This document shows, piece by piece, positions 50,642 to 57,113 of a stretch of 64,000 nt of DNA; positions within the stretch are counted from its first letter, which is position 1, and each line of letters begins with the position of its first letter. The stretch is taken from contig JAMPEL010000004.1 of assembly GCA_023665185.1 (NCBI GenBank), positions 10,489-74,488 on the forward strand, written 5' to 3'. The translations under genes were made by a program, and so were the position numbers. The notes beneath the pieces were generated by a model, which did no database searches, was not told the DNA's origin, and worked only from the letters and a program-made list of their open reading frames with translations. Source of the DNA: Roseburia sp. (lineage in GTDB: Bacteria > Bacteroidota > Bacteroidia > Bacteroidales > Bacteroidaceae).

Positions 50642-53050
50642 TTAATATTTTGTTGTTAGCATATTTGTTTTTGTTTTAGATAGATTTTCTGAGTCGTAAT
50701 AAGTATCTCCTTGTGGTCCCGGTGTCGACATACGAATTTCTTTTGCAAAAAGCTTTTCGCCAAGTTCTTCTGCAACACTAGCAAACCAGCCATAAGCATA
50801 ATTAGGCAAAGAATTAGTTTTCCACTGACGAAGATACATGTCATATACTTTCTGAAATTTTTCTTTTGCCCCTGTTTGGTCACCTTCTGACTTTTGAATT
50901 CTACCAAGTTCAATTAGTGCAATATCATGCTCTGGATCCACAGAAATGGCTCTTTGCAAATACTCTTTTGCTCGCTTTGGATCACGGAATCTTAAGGTTG
51001 AACCTAAGTTGGCATTAGCATACTTATGATTAGGATTCTCCTCCAATGCTTTCTCATAGAACTCAATCGCCTTATCTGTCGCTCCTGCGTTATTGTAGAG
51101 CACAGCAATCCCATTATACATATCAGCTTCTGGATATAATTCATTTTGCAGTTCATATGTTTCAGCAGCTTTAAATGTGTGGCCGGCTTTATCATATGCT
51201 CTACGAAGAGCGATAAGCGTTTGTTTTGATGGGATTCCACCATTTAACTCTGCCTCTAGATTAGCTTGCCTTTCTGCTTTTAGTGCGACTCTGTCCTCGG
51301 TACTAAGCTCTTTGTTTGCAAATGGGCTTAGAGGTTCTACATGACATATAACACCCATACATGTAGCTCGCACTATTAACATTTTGTCTGTGTTAACTTC
51401 TATAGCAAGCTCAATAGGACAATTGATAGGGAATCCACGTGGTAAGGTTGATTCTATTTTTATGTTGAACAATAATTTTCTTACATCACCAACACATATA
51501 GGCAACTCTACAACTTTTTGACCATCACGGCTTGTAACCAAATCGTCAATAATAATAGTGTCACAAGGAATTTGTGTTCCTGCAGGTAGAATCACTTTTG
51601 GCCGCTCATCCTTCGTAATAATTAGGATTGGCTCGCTTGAAATCGGTTGGATCAAACACTTATTCATTCCGTTAAACAACAGACTATGTATTGCAGCTCC
51701 TTGCGAAACATGAGTTTGCAGATTAGAAGGAACTAACATTTCAGAATCCTCAAAGTATTTTTTCAATTCTTCTTGAATATAAGGGCTTTGAGCACTTCCA
51801 CCAATAAAGAGAATGTAATCTATTTCCTCTTTCGCAACTTTAGATTTTTTAATGGCACTTTCAATAGGTGAGTAAATGCTGTTATATTCATCCTCACCCT
51901 TAATGCGAGTTGTTTTACTATAACCATTTTTCAAGAAAATGCTTATAGTATCAGTCATTTCCTTATAGGTTAAGTAAAAAGCACTTTGTCTTAACTCGCC
52001 CTTGTTTGTGTAAACGACAACTTCTGATTCTACTGTAGCCTTCATATCACTGTTTTTTACAATAGGCATAACAAATTCAGATGTAAGCATAGCAAGAGAC
52101 TTGTTTATCATTATTTTAAGACGCTCAGCTACTTTATACAATGCGGAAGCTATATACTTCTTTTCATTTGTGCGGAATTGTTCCATTTGCTTGCCATTTG
52201 CTTGCAAAAAGCGAGGCATTAGATAATGGTAAGTTATGTACCGATCAATATCATCACCGCCAAGTTTTGTAAACTTTGATATGGCTATATTTTTTGAGAA
52301 GAAGCCATTCGCACTTTGACCAATTTCCAAAATGGATATATCACATGTTCCACCACCGAAATCAAAAACTAAAACCTTTGAGTTGTAGTCTGGATTTACA
52401 AACATAGGTTGTCCATCTGTCGCACGATAAACTGCATAACTAATGAAAGCCGCATTAGGCTCGTCAATTAAAGCTTGCTTAGAGATTTTCATGTCATTAG
52501 CCATTAACGCATCCAATAAATCCTTACGCTGATTTGCTTCGAAAGATGCAGGAATACTAACTGCATACGATATATCCTTGCTCAATTTATTCTCTTGGCA
52601 ATAGCCTATAATCAAATACTTTAGATATGCGAAAAAGACTCGTGCAGCATCTTTGGGGTTGCGAATATAAAAAGGGGCTGTATTGCGAAGCTCACTTTCA
52701 TAATACTTTGCTCCCAAATCTTCACCAAGTTCCATTTTGAATGAGTACCATATATTTTTTCCTCTTTTAAGGTGATATTTGAGTTGAGACGCTCCTTCTC
52801 CTACAAGAATTTGCTCGTTATTCCACGCTATTACGGATGGAACAATTTCCGAAGAATAAAGAGTTCCGTCAGGTAACTTTTGTTTTAGACGTAATGAATC
52901 CGTGTGAATCAAACAGCCATCTTCATCGTACGATGCTACAGAGACAACAGATGTTGATGTTCCAAAATCAATACCCACATAGGTTTTGCATCGCAGTATT
53001 GCATTATTTCTTACTGCTGGCAAAAAAGATGAAATAGTAATTTTATTCAT
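50642..53050 (-). CDS. Hsp70-family ATPase fused to C-terminal TPR repeats (island gene 1)
   Basis: Start moved to ATG 53050, because the ORF-track start 53257 overlaps the upstream gene. GIDFGTSTS, VFDFGGGTCDIS, ILFIGGSAQSP, then a beta-rich region and three to four TPR-like repeats. Confidence 0.75.
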   Translation of the reverse strand: MNKITISSFLPAVRNNAILRCKTYVGIDFGTSTSVVSVASYDEDGCLIHTDSLRLKQKLPDGTLYSSEIVPSVIAWNNEQILVGEGASQLKYHLKRGKNIWYSFKMELGEDLGAKYYESELRNTAPFYIRNPKDAARVFFAYLKYLIIGYCQENKLSKDISYAVSIPASFEANQRKDLLDALMANDMKISKQALIDEPNAAFISYAVYRATDGQPMFVNPDYNSKVLVFDFGGGTCDISILEIGQSANGFFSKNIAISKFTKLGGDDIDRYITYHYLMPRFLQANGKQMEQFRTNEKKYIASALYKVAERLKIMINKSLAMLTSEFVMPIVKNSDMKATVESEVVVYTNKGELRQSAFYLTYKEMTDTISIFLKNGYSKTTRIKGEDEYNSIYSPIESAIKKSKVAKEEIDYILFIGGSAQSPYIQEELKKYFEDSEMLVPSNLQTHVSQGAAIHSLLFNGMNKCLIQPISSEPILIITKDERPKVILPAGTQIPCDTIIIDDLVTSRDGQKVVELPICVGDVRKLLFNIKIESTLPRGFPINCPIELAIEVNTDKMLIVRATCMGVICHVEPLSPFANKELSTEDRVALKAERQANLEAELNGGIPSKQTLIALRRAYDKAGHTFKAAETYELQNELYPEADMYNGIAVLYNNAGATDKAIEFYEKALEENPNHKYANANLGSTLRFRDPKRAKEYLQRAISVDPEHDIALIELGRIQKSEGDQTGAKEKFQKVYDMYLRQWKTNSLPNYAYGWFASVAEELGEKLFAKEIRMSTPGPQGDTYYDSENLSKTKTNMLTTKY

Positions 53051-53118
53051 GTGTACTAATTGTTTGGTTGTTATTGAATATCCCGTATTTACAACTACAT
53101 TTTTAGGAGTTGCGAAGT

Positions 53119-54606
53119 TTACTCCGAGCCTCCATCTTGAAATTGTGGCTTGATTACTTTCCAATGGCCGCCGAAGTCCGGGCCAATCCTTTGTAGCAGT
53201 CCTTTTTCTCGCAGACCATCTACAATTCGTCTTGTAGCTTTTACCGAAAGACTGCATTCCTCGGCTAATTGTGAAACGCTGATACGAGGATTATCCTTTA
53301 TTAGGTCCAAAATTAGGTCTTGCCCCTGTCTTGCCCCTGTCTTGCCCCTGTCTTGCCCTTCTTCTTGTTTCTTGCTAAATTCCGTACCAGTCCCCCGTCT
53401 TAGGATAGTGGTTTCAGCATCTTTATCTTCTGCAACAGACGTGGCAAATACTGTGGCTTTCATGATGAACGCCACAACATTGTACAAAGGCTCACGAGTA
53501 CCCATAGCTATGAGTTCACGGCACATACGATCAACACCCTCACCAAACTCCTTTACATAATCGTAGGCTTTGAGGTATTCAGCAATCTTAGGATTGCGAG
53601 AGAAGTGGGTATGGCGGATATTGTCAGTGCGAACGATGCCAGGCAGTTTGCCGGGAGTCTCGAACACAATGCGGTCATCAAACATCTTTATTTGGATTTC
53701 CGTTCCTTTGATGCTGTAGTCACGGTGACAAACCGAATTGACCACCATCTCCTGTATCACAAACTTCGGATATTCACGGTCGGTACGGAAGATGCCATTC
53801 TCGCCAAGATAGGAATGTTCCTTTACTTGGGTTTCAAGGTATTCGATAGCCTTTTTTATCTGGTCGAGGATGCGCCCCTCAAAGGTTATGTCCTTGATAA
53901 CGTTCATTTCACGACCGACCTTCTCTTCCGTACCAGCATAGCGGATAAAACGCACACGGGCACGAGGGAAAAAACGCTGGGGATACCTGCCAAAGAGCAG
54001 AATGCAAGCAGTGCTTACCTGCGGAGCATCATTCTTGTAGGTTACAAAGTCCTTGTTCTCAGTGAGATATTCAATGGCGGACTTACCATAGCCGATGCGG
54101 TTCATGTAAGCCTTGACCATATCCATATCAACATCTTCGAGCGTGGCATCGTAAGCTGGACTGTCCTCAAAATAGCGTTCGCCTTTGTCGTACATCAGTC
54201 GGAGACGTTCCTCAAAAGAGAGTTTACGCGACTTGTCGCCTACCCTCCAAAATACCTCATCGGCTTGGTTGGCATGAAGACGTGGACTGGCCGGAACGTT
54301 GATGATTAGAATATGGTTGTCGTTGCCATAGTCGTCAACGCATGGAACAAGGTCGGTATTAACGGTTATACTCGGTACACAAAAATCAAGCGGTGTACGA
54401 AGAATCTCATTGAGATGTGCCGTATCTTGGTCCACTCCTTCAATGCGTCGAGTCTTATCAGAGATACCCACTGCAATCATACCCCCATCGGCATTGGCCA
54501 TAGCCACGATGGTGGTGGCAAGAGCTTTCGGATCTATGTGAATGCTTTTGCAATCAAAGGTCTGCCCTTCGGGCTTCAGACAGAGTTCTTCTATGGTGTA
54601 TCTCAT
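53119..54606 (-). CDS. AlbA_2 (Schlafen-like divergent AAA) / HATPase_c_4-like / C-terminal winged-HTH protein (COG2865-type)
   Basis: N-terminus EGQTFDCKS...AMANADGGMIAVGISD. Central NSVCHRDY...FETPG region. C-terminal wHTH ISVSQLAEECSLSVKATRRIVDGLREKGLL. ATG 54606 preferred over TTG 54633. Confidence 0.75.
   Translation of the reverse strand: MRYTIEELCLKPEGQTFDCKSIHIDPKALATTIVAMANADGGMIAVGISDKTRRIEGVDQDTAHLNEILRTPLDFCVPSITVNTDLVPCVDDYGNDNHILIINVPASPRLHANQADEVFWRVGDKSRKLSFEERLRLMYDKGERYFEDSPAYDATLEDVDMDMVKAYMNRIGYGKSAIEYLTENKDFVTYKNDAPQVSTACILLFGRYPQRFFPRARVRFIRYAGTEEKVGREMNVIKDITFEGRILDQIKKAIEYLETQVKEHSYLGENGIFRTDREYPKFVIQEMVVNSVCHRDYSIKGTEIQIKMFDDRIVFETPGKLPGIVRTDNIRHTHFSRNPKIAEYLKAYDYVKEFGEGVDRMCRELIAMGTREPLYNVVAFIMKATVFATSVAEDKDAETTILRRGTGTEFSKKQEEGQDRGKTGARQGQDLILDLIKDNPRISVSQLAEECSLSVKATRRIVDGLREKGLLQRIGPDFGGHWKVIKPQFQDGGSE
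53318..53361. repeat. 11-bp tandem repeat (gtcttgcccct x3 plus one imperfect copy) inside the AlbA_2-family gene
   Basis: Read directly. It is translated in all three frames as GQDRGKTGARQGQD in the linker before the wHTH. Confidence 0.85.
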
Positions 54607-54611
54607 TGTGG

Positions 54612-54824
54612 TTATTTCCGCTTGGTGTGGCAAATCAACTCGTGAATATCAATGTTTAGCAACTCGGCAATTCGAGCCAATGTATAAAGGTCGGGCTGCG
54701 CGCAATTAGTGCATCACTTGGATACCGTTGCAGGGTCTTTCTGCAAAAACTTTGCAAGCCATTTACTCATTATACCTCGTTCTGCCAGCACTGCTTTGAT
54801 ATGATTCAATTCTGCCAGCCTTAT
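54612..54824 (-). pseudogene. XRE-type HTH regulator remnant with an in-frame TGA and no ATG start
   Basis: Minus-strand frame reads IRLAELNHIKAVLAERGIMSKWLAKFLQKDPATVSK*CTNCAQPDLYTLARIAELLNIDIHELI. The TGA at 54714-54716 sits where XRE proteins have Trp (VSKW). The first codon is ATA. The stop lies 5 nt before the AlbA_2 ATG. Confidence 0.5.
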
Positions 54825-54843
54825 ATAAATTATGGGTTCACCA

Positions 54844-54851
54844 CAAATTTA
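54844..54851 (-). promoter_or_regulatory. Putative -7 box (TAAATTTG) upstream of the XRE remnant / AlbA_2 gene
   Basis: Minus-strand TAnnTTTG match sits 20 nt upstream of position 54824. Confidence 0.4.
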
Positions 54852-55028
54852 TGGCATTTTCTTGAGAAATCCTCATGATTGGGTGGAAAACTGTGAAAAC
54901 GGCAGCAAATTCGCCTCCTCCACACATTCATTATGTCCCTTGTCCACACTTTACATATAATGGAAATATCTTAAAACCCGAATCATTCCTCCGTCCATAT
55001 CGCAGAACAGCTGTATGCGGACAAAAGC

Positions 55029-55652
55029 ATTTTGACATTTTGTCACTTGAAAAGAGAACTCGATTTTAACATTTCGGGCGGTTTGGGATCTTGATTTTTG
55101 GAGCGATTTTTGAGACAACACACATAAATCGTTGATAATCAAACAGTTCCTATTTTGTAAAAAAGTCGCAGTTTTTGATCAAAAACGCATGGGTTTGATC
55201 AAAATAGGGAGTATTGATAATCAGAGAGTTATGAAAATCCGCCGTTAAAATCGCCATTTTTCGGCTTCAAAATCAATCTTTGTTTTTCGGGGTGTGGGAA
55301 AACGATATGTGAAAAGAAATTAAGGATTGTCCGGAAAGATACTCGATTTTAGCCCAAAATGCGGACTGAAAAAATTTCTTTCACCTTGAAAAAAAATTTG
55401 CAAGGTGAAACGCAAAAAATCGGTGCGCCTTACAAAAAAATTTTCAGCACCTTGCAATTTTGGACTTTTGGGCGGTTTGGGGCGGAAAAAGCATGTTTTG
55501 GGATTGATTTATTTTATCTTTTAAAATATAAATTACCTTATTTTTACATTTGAATTTCAAGTTTTGAAAACCGCCGTAGAATCGCTCAAATGCAGCCGAG
55601 GAAAGGTGCAGTCGATTTTGAGCGATTCTACGGGCATCGGGTTTTAACATTT
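55029..55652 (+). repeat. Copy C of the ~0.6 kb dispersed noncoding repeat family
   Basis: Same ordered blocks as copies A and B. TTTTAACAT occurs at 55064 and 55642. Terminal hairpin ccgtagaatcgctcaaa / tttgagcgattctacgg. A shared left-flank unit lies at about 54958-55027. Confidence 0.75.
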
Positions 55653-56121
55653 CAAATTGTCAGACATTTAGCACTTTTCCAAAGAAAATTCAGGAATTTA
55701 GTTGTTTTTTGTGTACACACCGCAACTTGCGACAGCAAACGGATGCTTATTAGTGCGGCATCACTTTTTCAAAGCCCAACGAAGCTGCTCGGCCATGAAC
55801 AGTCGGCTGTCCTTGCCCCACCAGCGTGTCGCCATCATTTTACACCGCAGTTGCCCGGCACGCCCAAGTCATGCAGAAACGGCTAATCACTATATATCAG
55901 TACCATGTTTGCCGACATAAAATTATCAGAGTGGCTTATCAGACTCAACCAAATCGCCATCCATCAGACGAGCGTATTGAAAAAAATGGCGATAACGACC
56001 GAAAGTTACTGAAATAAGTATTTAGAAAGGAAACATGGCAATAACCCCGGTATTCCGACATGCCCGTATGCACTTCCAGTTACTTTTTATAATATAACTC
56101 GCATTCTTCAGAAAAAAGACG

Positions 56122-56129
56122 TACCTTTG
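56122..56129 (+). promoter_or_regulatory. Putative -7 box (TACCTTTG) upstream of the MBL-fold hydrolase gene
   Basis: TAnnTTTG match sits 31 nt upstream of ATG 56160. Confidence 0.45.
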
Positions 56130-56159
56130 TGACAGAATTGAAAAGCAAGGTAAAACGAT

Positions 56160-56966
56160 ATGTTACAATTTATAAGTTTTGGAAGTGGAAGTTGTGGAAA
56201 CTGCTACTGTCTTAGCGATGGGAGCTGTTCTATTCTTATTGACGCGGGCATAAGCACCAGACGGCTGAAACGCTATTTTCGCGACTACGGTGTGAATCAG
56301 TCAGCAATATGCGCGCTCATTGTCACACACGACCATGCAGACCATATAAAAGCTGCCGGAAAGGTAAGCGGTGAATTAAAAATACCGGTATATGCCACAA
56401 AACTTGTACATGAGGGGATAAACCGCAATTTCCATGTACGAAACAAGATAGAGGAAACTTATGCACGGACGATTGAGAAGAACGAGACTTTTGAAATCGG
56501 GCAGTTCAAGATTACCCCATTCGAGATTCCGCACGACTCGATGGAGAATGTGGGATATTCCATCGAGCATGAGGGAGAGATTTTCACTATCATGACAGAC
56601 GTGGGGGCACCGACTAACAATGTGAAGCATTACATCTCAATAAGCAACCACCTCGTCATCGAGGCAAATTATGACATGGAGATGCTGGTGAACGGGAAAT
56701 ATCCTCTCCATCTAAAACAAAGGATTATGAGCGGAACGGGGCATCTGTCGAACAGACAGACAGCCGAGGCACTGGCGGAAAACTTCCATGCCGGATTGCG
56801 GAATGTATGGCTGTGCCACCTGAGCGAGGAGAACAACCATCCGGAACTGGCGAGGAAAACAATAGAGCAATATTTACGCTCGTATGGAATCATTGCCGAC
56901 ACCGACTTCACACTGGAGGTGTTGCGCAGAAAGATTCCGACAGGACCTTTCAACATCAGCGAATAA
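56160..56966 (+). CDS. MBL-fold metallo-hydrolase
   Basis: VTHDHADH motif plus downstream His/Asp ligands. Confidence 0.8.
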   Translation: MLQFISFGSGSCGNCYCLSDGSCSILIDAGISTRRLKRYFRDYGVNQSAICALIVTHDHADHIKAAGKVSGELKIPVYATKLVHEGINRNFHVRNKIEETYARTIEKNETFEIGQFKITPFEIPHDSMENVGYSIEHEGEIFTIMTDVGAPTNNVKHYISISNHLVIEANYDMEMLVNGKYPLHLKQRIMSGTGHLSNRQTAEALAENFHAGLRNVWLCHLSEENNHPELARKTIEQYLRSYGIIADTDFTLEVLRRKIPTGPFNISE

Positions 56967-57113
56967 ATCAACATCAGCAAATAAGAAGAAAGGAAACGGG
57001 AACGGATTCTTCAACGGTATATCCCATCATCCTGCATCTCACACAGCAAAGGCGGAGAAAGAAAACATTTTGCCTGTTTTCTTTCTCCGCCTTCTTTATT
57101 GTCCACTGCCGCG

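Noticed and set aside
53051-53118. Search for an independent promoter for the AT-rich cassette
   Set aside because: There is no TAnnTTTG match in the 68-nt gap, so read-through from the AlbA_2 gene is the simpler reading. This cannot be settled without transcript data.
53051-53257. Upstream extension of the Hsp70-TPR ORF (track start 53257)
   Set aside because: It overlaps the 3' end of the AlbA_2-family gene in another frame and encodes junk. The Hsp70 phosphate-1 motif follows closely after ATG 53050.
54607-54633. TTG start at 54633 for the AlbA_2-family gene
   Set aside because: It would overlap the XRE-like frame. ATG 54606, 5 nt after that frame's stop, gives a typical family N-terminus.
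55590-56017. Overlapping 60-100-aa ORFs after repeat copy C, and a 25-codon minus-strand ORF (MMATRWWGKDSRLFMAEQLRWALKK)
   Set aside because: There are no motifs, the frames overlap one another, and the region looks like decayed sequence. It may be a gene remnant, but I cannot assign it.
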